Part shown: in pieces, positions 1 through 9,273 of the stretch
How positions within the stretch are numbered: the first letter of the stretch is position 1
How the letters are laid out: the number at the start of each line of letters is the position of its first letter
DNA from: Acidobacteriota bacterium
GTDB taxonomy: Bacteria; Acidobacteriota; UBA6911; RPQK01; JAJDTT01
Assembly: GCA_965263035.1 (NCBI GenBank)
Contig: OZ253580.1
Span: forward strand, 3,104,001 to 3,168,000
Length of the DNA stretch: 64,000 nucleotides
Direction of reading: 5' to 3'
Notes under the pieces: generated by a model
What the model saw: the letters and a program-made list of their open reading frames with translations, nothing else
Told to the model about the DNA's origin: nothing
The model's database searches: none
Translations under genes and position numbers: made by a program

Positions 1-71
1 ACGACACTTCTTCTTGGCATGGGACCGGTCGCTTAAACTAGACTGGAGCGGGTTTCCAGCAACGAAATCTT

Positions 72-1955
72 ATGTTCCGAGCCACCGGATATCAAGTGCG
101 GCCAAGGCCGAAACGGCGGGGCCGGGACTTTCTCGCCCGGTGGTTGGTTCTGGGTCTTCTGTCGTCCAACGTCTCCGCCGCCGGTCAGGATCAGGAGCTC
201 AATGCGGCCCTGATCGGGGCCGCCGTGGAGGGCCGCACCGATCAGGTCGCGGCGTTGTTGGACCGGGGCGCCAGCGTGTTGGTCCGGGACCCGGATGGAT
301 TGAACCCCCTCATGTACGCCGCCATGGGCGGGAATGAACAGACCGTCCGCCTGCTCCTGTCCCGGGGGTCGGAACTGGAAGCCAGGACCCGGGACGGCGC
401 CACCGCCCTGATGATCGGTTCCGGCTCCGGTCACGTACCTGCCGTTCGCGCCTTGCTGGAGGCGGGAGCGGACATTCGCTCCACCGACGCCAATGGACAT
501 AAGCCGTTGGTCTGGGGAGTTCTGGGAGGGAGCGTGGGGGTGGTCCGGACACTGTTGGCGGCGGGAGCCGGACCCGACGCCCGTGACAAGGCGGGTTGGA
601 CCGTCCTGATGCGGGCTTCATCCCAGGGAGACCTGCCTGTGGTCGAGGCTCTACTCGAAGGAGGAGCCAAAGTCGGGACTCGGAGCCGCGACAACTGGAC
701 GGCTCTCGCCCTGGTGCTGTTCGAGGGCCACGAGCGAACGGCTTCCCTGCTGGTCCGCCACGGGGCCAACGTCGATGAGGTGGACGTCAACGGAATACCG
801 CTCCTGATGCATGCGGCGTCGGGGGGGAAGACCGAAGTGGCTCGATTCCTGCTGGCCCACGGCGCCGCCACCGGCTTTCGGGACGAGGAGGGCAACGGAC
901 CACTGGCGGCGGCGGCGTACAATGGCTTTGCACCCATCGTCGAGGCTCTGATCCGGGCGGGCGCCGCCGTGGACAGCCTCGACAGCCAGGGCCGGACCCC
1001 GTTGATGCAGGCGGCTTCCCAGGGAAAGACGGACGTGATCACGGCGCTTCTGGCGGCGGGGGCGGACCCCCGGTTGAAATCCAAACGGGGCCAGACGGCT
1101 CTGGACCTGGCCGTCTGGTACGACCACACAAAGGTCATCGAAGCGCTCCTCCCGGCCGGGGAAGGGGTCGATGCTCCCGACGCGGCGGGTCGAACGCTCC
1201 TGGTTCATGCCGCCTTGGAAGGGAACGAGGCGACGGTCAAGGTCCTGTTGGCGAGAGGGGCCGATCCGGACCGGCCGGACCAGGAGGGGAGGACGCCGCT
1301 CATCTACGCCGCGCTCCATGGTCACGCCGAAGTGGCCCGATGGCTCATCGACGCTGGCGCCCGGCTCGACTCCCGGAGCAACGAGGGTTGGACGGCCCTG
1401 GGACTGGCGCTGAGTCAGGACCACGTTCCCATCATCGACGCTCTCCTGGCGGCGGGAGTGGATGTGAATTCGGTGACCCGCCAGGGCCAGTCATTCCTGG
1501 GTATGGCCGCCTACCGGGGGCGAATCGAGTCGGTGCGGAAACTGTTGCAACGCGGCGCTCGCGTCGGAACCCGAGGCGCGGGCGGCCAGACGGCTCTCGC
1601 CTTCGCGGCGTATCAGGGATTTCCGGAGATCGTCCGGCTGCTGCTGGACCGGGGGGCGGACCCGGATGTCCGGGACGACTCCGGTCGGACGCCCCTGATG
1701 CAGGCCGCCTGGAACGGTCATGCTGAAGTGGCGAAACTGATGCTGGATCGGAAGGCTCAAATCGATGCCCAGGACGGTCAGGGTGTCACTGCCTTGGGCC
1801 TTGCCGCGTCCCGAGGACAGACGGACCTGGCCCGGCTGTTGTTGAGCCGCGGCGCAGATGCCGGCATCCGGAACCACCAGGGGCGGACTCCCCTCATGTT
1901 GGCTCAGGCGGAAGGCCGAAAAGTCACGGCCAGATTGCTCCAGGAGCAGGAGTAG
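72..1955 (+). CDS. Secreted ankyrin-repeat protein (many tandem 33-aa repeats)
   Basis: Repeated G-x-T-P/A-L-M-x-A-A..G...V..LL..GA motifs through the whole ORF; hydrophobic N-terminal segment ending ...VSAA resembles a signal peptide. Confidence 0.93.
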   Translation: MFRATGYQVRPRPKRRGRDFLARWLVLGLLSSNVSAAGQDQELNAALIGAAVEGRTDQVAALLDRGASVLVRDPDGLNPLMYAAMGGNEQTVRLLLSRGSELEARTRDGATALMIGSGSGHVPAVRALLEAGADIRSTDANGHKPLVWGVLGGSVGVVRTLLAAGAGPDARDKAGWTVLMRASSQGDLPVVEALLEGGAKVGTRSRDNWTALALVLFEGHERTASLLVRHGANVDEVDVNGIPLLMHAASGGKTEVARFLLAHGAATGFRDEEGNGPLAAAAYNGFAPIVEALIRAGAAVDSLDSQGRTPLMQAASQGKTDVITALLAAGADPRLKSKRGQTALDLAVWYDHTKVIEALLPAGEGVDAPDAAGRTLLVHAALEGNEATVKVLLARGADPDRPDQEGRTPLIYAALHGHAEVARWLIDAGARLDSRSNEGWTALGLALSQDHVPIIDALLAAGVDVNSVTRQGQSFLGMAAYRGRIESVRKLLQRGARVGTRGAGGQTALAFAAYQGFPEIVRLLLDRGADPDVRDDSGRTPLMQAAWNGHAEVAKLMLDRKAQIDAQDGQGVTALGLAASRGQTDLARLLLSRGADAGIRNHQGRTPLMLAQAEGRKVTARLLQEQE

Positions 1956-2010
1956 GAGCCGTCTGGGCTGTTTCAGTTGAAACCGGCGGATGCGGATCGA
2001 CTGACCTGAG

Positions 2011-2055
2011 CTAGGAGTCTGCGCGGTAGCTCATTTCTGCGGCGCAGCCTCCTAG
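2011..2055. mobile_element. Ends-only mini copy of element A (39 bp between TA duplications)
   Basis: cTA-GGAGTCTGCGCGGTAG-ctc-ATTTCTGCGGCGCAGCCTCC-TAg matches both termini of the element at 24869-25035 with the interior missing. Confidence 0.85.
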
Positions 2056-3560
2056 TTCGTCCCCGACCGGGAAGAAGCTTTTTCCATCAGGTACTCGAGA
2101 ACCAGGGTGAGATCCCGGGGAGCGACGTTCATCCCCTTCTCGAACATGTACTCTTCCATTTTCCGGGTCACGCCCGGCCAATCCTCACGGCCGTAGGCAT
2201 CGGGGTGAGGCTGGGGATGGCAACCGGTACAGGCCCTCTCCACCGCCTTCGCTCCGGGAGAACCGTCTTGTACGGCGGCTGGCGCGGGACGGTGTTTCAG
2301 GGAAAGGGACGGGACGGCAAACGCGGAGTCGTCATTGGAGATCGTGTCCCGATAGTGGATCAGCGCCAGAGTCAACAGGTAGGTGTTGGCGCCGTCCATG
2401 GTGCCCAGCTTGATCCCGGCGGCCGGCGGCCGGTCCAGGCCCCATAGACTGAGGGCTCGGGGCAACGGCCAGGAACCGGATTCGCTCTGGGACGCGACGT
2501 ACCCGTTCACGGCGGCGTCCAATTGAGGCGATCTCCTGCCGGCGGTCATGAGAGCCCGCACCATGAGGCTGCGGAAGCCCGGAAACTCCATCAGGGCGAA
2601 ATGCGACTTCCATTCACCGTCGATGGTCGCCTCCATAATCTGAAGACACCGCTGGTAGGCCAGGTCGGGTTCCAGGTCGAAGTCGTGGGTCAGGAAGACA
2701 TACCAGGCCAGTCCCACGTAGTCGGCGGCGATCAGGCGGGGACCCAGGGCCAGAACCCGGTTCGCCAGTCCCCGGCGGAGATCGGTCAGGCGAGCGTCCG
2801 TGGACGGGAACCCGGCTTGCAAGAGGGCATAGAGGAGCTTGGCGGTGTTCTCCAGGTCGGGAACCGGACTACCGTGCTCCCAGCCGTGCTTTCCGGTGAG
2901 CGAGCTCCGGGCGTTGCCCAGGGTCTGGATGATGTTGCCCGATTGCATGATGGTGAAGATCCGGTCGGAGACCGGCAGGGAGCTGGGAGGCAGATAGGGA
3001 AGGGAGAGCGGCGACCTGAGCGCCCAGTCGTATCCCTTCCGGACCAGGGACGAGCGGCCCAGATTGGCCAGTGCGATCATTCCCTTGGCATGGAGGCAGC
3101 CCTCGTGGGACCAGAGCCAGTTCCCGGTCCGGCGATCGAATTCCTCCACGAACCAGGTCTTGACCTTCCGGAAGAGCCCGCTCTCCGGGTCGACGCCGAA
3201 GTCCTGGTAGTACATGAGGAAATGGGTCAGCAGGTAGAGCTGATAGGCCACGTAGGCCTTGGGTCCGTAGCGTTTGACGGCGCCTTCGGCGTTCTTGTAA
3301 TCGACGTAGCCGCCATTGGAGACGGCCGCGTAGGAGGGCTCGACGAAATCCCGAATGAAGGATCGGGTGCCCCGGGTGATGGCTCGATCCAGATCCTCCC
3401 GGGACGGCCGTCCCGGCACCGGCGGCGACGGGGTCTCGCCCTTCGCGGGGAGTGTGCCGGCGCCCTTGATCGGGGCTGCGGCAAGGTTTGCCAACGTCAG
3501 CAGCAGCAGAATCAATGCCGCCATCGGACTCGCAAGTACGGGTTTGGAAAGGACCTGCAT
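2052..3560 (-). CDS. Exported protein: prenyltransferase/terpene-cyclase-like alpha/alpha region plus C-terminal c-type heme domain
   Basis: Signal-like MAALILLLLTLANLAAA; QSESGSW motif and NTYLLTLAL helix resemble QW/prenyltransferase repeats; C-terminal CTGCH...W....KM. Start uncertain (3590, 3560 or 3524). Confidence 0.6.
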   Translation of the reverse strand: MQVLSKPVLASPMAALILLLLTLANLAAAPIKGAGTLPAKGETPSPPVPGRPSREDLDRAITRGTRSFIRDFVEPSYAAVSNGGYVDYKNAEGAVKRYGPKAYVAYQLYLLTHFLMYYQDFGVDPESGLFRKVKTWFVEEFDRRTGNWLWSHEGCLHAKGMIALANLGRSSLVRKGYDWALRSPLSLPYLPPSSLPVSDRIFTIMQSGNIIQTLGNARSSLTGKHGWEHGSPVPDLENTAKLLYALLQAGFPSTDARLTDLRRGLANRVLALGPRLIAADYVGLAWYVFLTHDFDLEPDLAYQRCLQIMEATIDGEWKSHFALMEFPGFRSLMVRALMTAGRRSPQLDAAVNGYVASQSESGSWPLPRALSLWGLDRPPAAGIKLGTMDGANTYLLTLALIHYRDTISNDDSAFAVPSLSLKHRPAPAAVQDGSPGAKAVERACTGCHPQPHPDAYGREDWPGVTRKMEEYMFEKGMNVAPRDLTLVLEYLMEKASSRSGTN

Positions 3561-3653
3561 ATTGCGGAGTTCCCGAGGGCAGTCTAGCATAGCAGCCCGT
3601 AACCGCCCGTGGCGGAAGTCCCTGGCGGCGCAATCAGCGGAAAGGTTTCAGGA

Positions 3654-5261
3654 ATGAAAGATACGACGCCGGAGAACACGTCTCCTGACTCGGGAAGCCG
3701 TGGTTTTCAGGCACCCCATCCCGGTTCCAAGGAGATGCCGCGGTGGCAGACCGGTCGGCTGGTGAAGGCGCCCGTCTTCACGACTCGCAACTGGTTCGGG
3801 TTGCTGGGCCCCGGCCTGCTCCTGGGAGGGGGCGCCATCGGCGGAGGCGAATGGCTGATGGGACCCGCCGTCACGGCCAAGTACGGCGGCGCTCTCATGT
3901 GGCTCGCCACCCTGAGCATCATGAGTCAGGTTCTCTACAACATTGAGATCAGCCGCTACACACTCTACACGGGAGAACCGATCTTCACCGGCAAGTTCCG
4001 TACGTTGCCTGGACCCAGGTTCTGGCTCATCGCCTACATCTTCCTGGATTTCGGCGCCGTCTTTCCCTATCTGGCGGCCAATGCGGCCACGCCTCTGGCC
4101 GCGGTGCTGCTGGGAGGAGTCCTGCCGGACCCCCTCAACAACGATGCCCACTGGTGGCTCCTGAAGATCCTGGGCTACGTGATTTTTCTGGCGGCCCTGA
4201 TTCCGCTGCTGATCGGCGGCAAGATCTACAACTCGCTCCGGGCGATGATGACCTTCAAGATCGTGGTCGTCCTGGGGTTTCTCTCGATCCTGGGAATCTT
4301 CCACTCCAGTCTCTCCACCTGGGTCGAGATCTTCAGCGGCTTCCTCAAGTTCGGGTCGGTTCCCGTCGGTGGAACCGAGACCGAGAACATCTTCGTCTCC
4401 CTGCTGGACAAGGGCACACTGCCCGAGATCGATTTCAGCACCATCTCCCTCCTGGCGGCATTCGCCGCCATCGCCGGCAGCGGGGGGCTCTCCAATGCTC
4501 CCATCAGCAACTACACGAGGGATCAGGGTTGGGGAATGGGGCGTCATGTCGGAGCCATCCCCAGCGTCATCGGGGGGCACAACCTGAGCCTGTCCCACGT
4601 GGGGATGGTCTTCGAGGTGACGCGTAGCTCCCTGGGCAGATTCCGCCGCTGGTACCGGCATGTGGCCCGTGACCAGTTGGCCGTCTGGATGCCGGCCTGC
4701 TTCCTGGGCCTGGCCCTGCCCAGCATGCTATCGGTGCAATTCCTGCCCCGGGGTACGGAAGCCAGCAGTTGGGTCGCAGCCGGCATGACGGCGTCCGGGG
4801 TACGGGATCACGTGGGGGCGGCCTGGGGCCTGGATGCCGGCGTGCTCTTCTGGTACCTCACCATGTTCTGCGGTTTTCTGGTTCTGGCTCCGACCATGGC
4901 GACGTCGGCGGACGGAGTGATCCGCCGCTGGGTGGACGTGTTCTGGACCTCCAGCGCCCGCCTGCGGAAGCTGGAGCCCGGCCGGATCCGGATCGTCTAT
5001 TTCAAGGTGCTGGCCGGCTATGCCGTGTTCGGTCTCATCATGCTCTCTTTGGCGCCGCCGCTGGAACTCTTGAAGTTCGCCACCAACATCTTCAATTACG
5101 CTTTGGGCGTGAGCTGCTTCCACACGCTGGCCGTCAACGTCATCCTGTTGCCCCCGGAACTTCGCCCCGGCTGGCCCATGCGAATCGGAATGTTCCTGGC
5201 CGGATCCTTCTTCACGCTGTTGGCCATCATCACGACCCTGAGTCTGGTCGGAATGCTTTGA
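3654..5261 (+). CDS. Nramp-like (APC superfamily) membrane transporter
   Basis: GPGLLLGGGAIGGGEWLMGP motif, NIEISRYTLYTGE, many hydrophobic helices. Confidence 0.8.
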   Translation: MKDTTPENTSPDSGSRGFQAPHPGSKEMPRWQTGRLVKAPVFTTRNWFGLLGPGLLLGGGAIGGGEWLMGPAVTAKYGGALMWLATLSIMSQVLYNIEISRYTLYTGEPIFTGKFRTLPGPRFWLIAYIFLDFGAVFPYLAANAATPLAAVLLGGVLPDPLNNDAHWWLLKILGYVIFLAALIPLLIGGKIYNSLRAMMTFKIVVVLGFLSILGIFHSSLSTWVEIFSGFLKFGSVPVGGTETENIFVSLLDKGTLPEIDFSTISLLAAFAAIAGSGGLSNAPISNYTRDQGWGMGRHVGAIPSVIGGHNLSLSHVGMVFEVTRSSLGRFRRWYRHVARDQLAVWMPACFLGLALPSMLSVQFLPRGTEASSWVAAGMTASGVRDHVGAAWGLDAGVLFWYLTMFCGFLVLAPTMATSADGVIRRWVDVFWTSSARLRKLEPGRIRIVYFKVLAGYAVFGLIMLSLAPPLELLKFATNIFNYALGVSCFHTLAVNVILLPPELRPGWPMRIGMFLAGSFFTLLAIITTLSLVGML

Positions 5262-5297
5262 AGAGGGTTCGCCGCGCGCCGGCGTCTGTCCGCGGCT

Positions 5298-5993
5298 TCA
5301 GAATCCGAACTTCTTCAACAGGCGGGCGGTTTCTTGCGGCTTCTCCAGAGGAGGCAGGTCGGGCCGGCGCATGATCTCGTGCGCCTCCTTCTCGAAGACG
5401 AGCATCTGTCCCGCCTTCTCAGGCAGGATCCGGAGGCAGCTCGCGGGGAGCTTGATGACCCCTTCGTTGTTGGCGTGGATGACGTCGCCCGGGGTCACCT
5501 GGATGCCGCCGACCTGAACCGGCTCGTTCACCCCCGAGACCGTCAGCGCGCAGTGGTGGATGGTGAGGCCTCGCGCATAGGCTGCGAAGGGAATGCTCAT
5601 CAGTCCGGGAATGTCTCTGACCCCGCCATTGGTCACGAGCGTGCTGCAACCGGCGGTGTGCAGCGCTTTGGCCATGCCGTCGCCGAACACGCACTCGTGC
5701 TCGGGCCTGGAGCCGACCGCCTCGCATACCCACACCACGGGCTCTTCCATCTTGTCGATCCGGTCCACCATCTCCCAGAACCCGCTCAGGTCCGATTGCC
5801 TTCCGGGCGTGCTGCTGTCCAGCTTGCAGGTCACGGCCACTCCGACGCTGGGGCCCAGCGAAGGGGTGACCGATTGGATGGCGCCCGACATGTAGAACTC
5901 TTCGGGCGGAGTCGGATCGATGTAGCCGATGGTGTTGGCGAGCAATGCCGTGTCGTATTCGATCAGACGGTTCAAAGTCTGAATCAGGGACAT
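5298..5993 (-). CDS. RraA / HMG-aldolase family protein
   Basis: CVFGDGMA, VTNGGVRDI and VQVGGIQVTPGDVIHANNEGV motifs. Confidence 0.88.
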   Translation of the reverse strand: MSLIQTLNRLIEYDTALLANTIGYIDPTPPEEFYMSGAIQSVTPSLGPSVGVAVTCKLDSSTPGRQSDLSGFWEMVDRIDKMEEPVVWVCEAVGSRPEHECVFGDGMAKALHTAGCSTLVTNGGVRDIPGLMSIPFAAYARGLTIHHCALTVSGVNEPVQVGGIQVTPGDVIHANNEGVIKLPASCLRILPEKAGQMLVFEKEAHEIMRRPDLPPLEKPQETARLLKKFGF

Positions 5994-6129
5994 GTTCTCC
6001 TCCGTCGAAATCTTCGCTGGTCGTCGTCCGATCCAGTGTAGAATCAGACGGTAATGGTCGAAATGGTCCGATAGCCTATCATGGTCTCTTCAGGTGGTAG
6101 TACGCGGATATGAAGCACGCGAGGCGTCG

Positions 6130-7125
6130 ATGAGCGGAGGTCGAGTGAAGACTGAACGAACCGGACGCCGGGAATTCCTTGCCGGCCTGGGAACCGGTCT
6201 TCTGGCGGTTTCCGGGAAGCCGATCCGAGGCGAACCTTTCGCTCACCGCCGGAGTGCCGCCGTTCCCGAGTGGACGTATTCCATCTTCTCCAAGCATCTG
6301 CAATGGTTGGACTACCCGGAATTGGGCGTGGCCGTGTCCAAGTTGGGCTTTGACGGAGTCGACCTCACCGTCCGTCCTTCAGGGCATGTTCTGCCCGAGA
6401 AGGTGAGAACTGATCTTCCCCGGGCGGTGTCGGCCGTCGGGGAATCGGGTGTCCGCGTTCCCACTATAACGACGGCCATAACCCACCCGGAGGATGCCGG
6501 GACCCGGGAGATCCTGGAGACCGCCAGCGGCCTGGGGATCCCCTGCTATCGGCTGGGGTACTACCGCTACCCGGAAGACGGGGACATTTCGGAGACGCTG
6601 GCGGAGATCAGGAGAAATCTCGCCGGCTTGGCCGATCTGAATCGAAGGTTCGAGATCTGCGGCGACTATCAGAACCACGCCGGCGCTTCCCATTTTGGAG
6701 CGGCGTTGTGGGACCTGCGTCAAGCGTTGGAGGGACTCCCCCGGCGCTGGCTCGGTTGCCAGTTCGACATCCGCCACGCCACCGTGGAAGGGGGGCTTGC
6801 CTGGCCCACCAACTTCAGGGCCTTGGCCGACCGGGTCCACACCGTGGTGGTGAAAGACTTCAGGTGGAAGGAAACACTCGGCGGGTGGCAGGTGGAAAAT
6901 TGTCCCTTGGGCGAGGGCATGGTTCCCATCGGTCCCTTTCTGGCCCGCTTGCTGAAATCGGGTTTCGCAGGTCCAATCAGCCTTCACTGCGAGTACTCCC
7001 TCGGCGGCGCGGAGCGTGGCACCCGCCGACTCACCATGGACCGGGATCGGGTTCTGGAGTCCATCGGGAAGGATCTGGCCACCCTGAAGCGGCTGGTGCG
7101 AGAGGCCGTGGCTTCTGTGGGCTGA
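6130..7125 (+). CDS. Tat-exported sugar phosphate isomerase/epimerase (xylose isomerase-like TIM barrel)
   Basis: GRREFL twin-arginine signal; FSKHLQ, GFDGVDLTVR, QNHAG, FDIRHA, KDF, PISLHCEY. Confidence 0.88.
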   Translation: MSGGRVKTERTGRREFLAGLGTGLLAVSGKPIRGEPFAHRRSAAVPEWTYSIFSKHLQWLDYPELGVAVSKLGFDGVDLTVRPSGHVLPEKVRTDLPRAVSAVGESGVRVPTITTAITHPEDAGTREILETASGLGIPCYRLGYYRYPEDGDISETLAEIRRNLAGLADLNRRFEICGDYQNHAGASHFGAALWDLRQALEGLPRRWLGCQFDIRHATVEGGLAWPTNFRALADRVHTVVVKDFRWKETLGGWQVENCPLGEGMVPIGPFLARLLKSGFAGPISLHCEYSLGGAERGTRRLTMDRDRVLESIGKDLATLKRLVREAVASVG

Positions 7126-7276
7126 TGCCTGACGGCAAGAACCCCCGTAGCCGCTTCTCGTTCGCTTGCCTCCCTTTCGCTAAATGGAACTCGCCTCCAG
7201 AGGCCGTCGTGAAATATTCCGAAGTCCGAAAATCCCATTTTCCCTTGAGAAGTAAAAGAAAGCGGAACCATCCAAG

Positions 7277-8266
7277 ATGAACATCGAGATCCGAGAGATC
7301 CAGAGAAGAATCGACGCCGAGAGTGTCCTGGTGGAGCGAATCCTCGAGGAGGTTTCCAAGGTGATCGTGGGCCAGGAATATATGGTCCGGCGCCTGCTCA
7401 TCGGGCTTCTCGCCAACGGCCACGTGCTGCTGGAAGGGGTGCCCGGTCTGGCCAAGACCCTGACGGTCAAGACCCTCTCCCAGACCATCGACACCGGGTT
7501 TCAACGGGTTCAGTTCACGCCCGACCTGCTCCCCGCGGATCTGATCGGAACGCTGGTCTACGATCAGAGCGACGGCACCTTCAAGACCAAGAAGGGACCC
7601 ATCTTCTCCAACCTGATTCTGGCTGACGAGATCAATCGCTCACCGGCCAAGGTCCAGTCGGCTCTGCTGGAGGCCATGCAGGAGCGGACCGTGACCATCG
7701 GTGAGACCACTTATCCCCTGGATGACCCGTTCCTGGTCTTGGCGACCCAGAATCCCATCGAGCAGGAGGGAACGTACCCCCTTCCGGAGGCACAGGTCGA
7801 CCGCTTCATGTTGAAGCTGTCGGTGGGGTATCCGTCGCGAATGGAAGAGTTGGAGATCATGCGCCGCATGTCCGGAAGCGTCGTTCCCGAGGCCGGCCCG
7901 GTCGTGTCTCCAGAGGAGATCCGCCGCGCCCGGGACGCGGTGCAGGAAATCTACATGGACGCCAAGATTCAACGGTATATCGTCGACATCGTCTTCGCGA
8001 CGCGAACTCCCGGCGATTGCGGAATGGACGAGCTGGTCGACCTCGTCAGTTTCGGAGCTTCTCCCAGAGCCTCCATCTTTCTGGCTCGGGCGGCCCGGGC
8101 CCACGCCTTCCTGGACCATCGCGCCTATGTGACTCCGGAAGACGTTCGGGCCATCGGCATGGACGTCCTCAGGCACCGGGTCATTCTGACCTACGAGGCG
8201 GAAGCCGAAGAGGTGACTGCCGAGGACGTGGTCCGAAAGGTCCTGAACAAGGTGGAAGTGCCGTAG
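7277..8266 (+). CDS. moxR: MoxR family AAA+ ATPase
   Basis: HVLLEGVPGLAKT Walker A, FTPDLLPAD, LADEINR, ATQNPIEQEGTYPLPEAQVDRF. Confidence 0.97.
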   Translation: MNIEIREIQRRIDAESVLVERILEEVSKVIVGQEYMVRRLLIGLLANGHVLLEGVPGLAKTLTVKTLSQTIDTGFQRVQFTPDLLPADLIGTLVYDQSDGTFKTKKGPIFSNLILADEINRSPAKVQSALLEAMQERTVTIGETTYPLDDPFLVLATQNPIEQEGTYPLPEAQVDRFMLKLSVGYPSRMEELEIMRRMSGSVVPEAGPVVSPEEIRRARDAVQEIYMDAKIQRYIVDIVFATRTPGDCGMDELVDLVSFGASPRASIFLARAARAHAFLDHRAYVTPEDVRAIGMDVLRHRVILTYEAEAEEVTAEDVVRKVLNKVEVP

Positions 8267-8300
8267 GGCGAGGAAAAAGAAAAGAGTAAAGAGGAAAGAG
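8267..8300 (+). repeat. Purine-tract repeat (family E) immediately after the moxR stop
   Basis: GGCGAGGAAAAAGAAAAGAGTAAAGAGGAAAGAG; near-identical copy on the minus strand at 47866-47899. Confidence 0.75.
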
Positions 8301-8391
8301 CAGAAGATGAGAAAAGCTGCCGCTCGCTTTGGACTTGTGGGCCGCGAATACCTCGCCGGGGGCGGCGTCGGACTTTGGATTCTCCATTGAG

Positions 8392-9273
8392 ATGATTCCA
8401 CGCGAGATCCTCCGCAAGGTGCGCCGTCTCGAGATCGCCACTCGAGGTCTGGTCAACAACGTCTTCTCCGGTGAATACCATTCGGTGTTCAAGGGGCGTG
8501 GCATGAGCTTTGCCGAAGTCCGCGAGTACCAGATCGGGGATGACGTCCGGACCATCGACTGGAACGTCACGGCCCGGATGGATCGTCCCTACGTCAAGCT
8601 GTTCGACGAGGAGAGGGACCTGACGGTGATGCTCCTGGTGGACGCCAGCCTCTCGGGAGAGTTCGGGTCCGGGGAGCGCATGAAGGGAGAGGTCGCGGTC
8701 GAGATCTGCGCTCTGCTGGCGTTTTCCGCCATCAAGAACAACGACAAGGTGGGTCTGATCATCTTCACCGACCGGATCGAGAAATTCGTGCCCCCCCGCA
8801 AGGGCCGCTCCCATGTGCTCCGGGTCCTGCGGGAGCTGTTGTATTTCCAGCCCCGGCATCGGGCCACCGACATCGGTCTGGCCCTCGAGTACCTGATGCG
8901 GGTCATCCGCAGAAGAAGCATCGTGTTCCTGGTTTCGGACTTCCTCGCGGACGGTTTCCAGCGCGGGCTCCGGGTTGCCAACCGGAGGCATGACGTGGTG
9001 GCCATCCGGGTCCGGGACCCCAGGGAACGGGAACTTCCGCGAGTGGGTTTCGTCGAGTTCGAGGATGCCGAGACGGGAGAGCAACTGATCCTCAACACCA
9101 ATGACTCCGAGGTTCGAGAGGCTTTCAAGGCCCAGGTTCTCCGGGAGGACGAGGAGCTCAGGAGCTTTCTCAACTCCATCAGCGTCGACAGCATCGAGGT
9201 GGATTCCGACCGGAGCTATCTGGAGTTGTTGATCCGGTTTTTCCGGACCCGGACCCGGCGACTGCGACGATGA
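8392..9273 (+). CDS. DUF58 family protein (MoxR partner)
   Basis: GEYHSVFKGRGMSFAEVREYQIGDDVRTIDWNVTAR; follows moxR. Confidence 0.95.
   Translation: MIPREILRKVRRLEIATRGLVNNVFSGEYHSVFKGRGMSFAEVREYQIGDDVRTIDWNVTARMDRPYVKLFDEERDLTVMLLVDASLSGEFGSGERMKGEVAVEICALLAFSAIKNNDKVGLIIFTDRIEKFVPPRKGRSHVLRVLRELLYFQPRHRATDIGLALEYLMRVIRRRSIVFLVSDFLADGFQRGLRVANRRHDVVAIRVRDPRERELPRVGFVEFEDAETGEQLILNTNDSEVREAFKAQVLREDEELRSFLNSISVDSIEVDSDRSYLELLIRFFRTRTRRLRR

Noticed and set aside
7186-7213. Possible ECF-sigma promoter (GGAAC-N17-CGT) upstream of moxR
   Set aside because: The motif is short and common in GC-rich DNA; no independent support.
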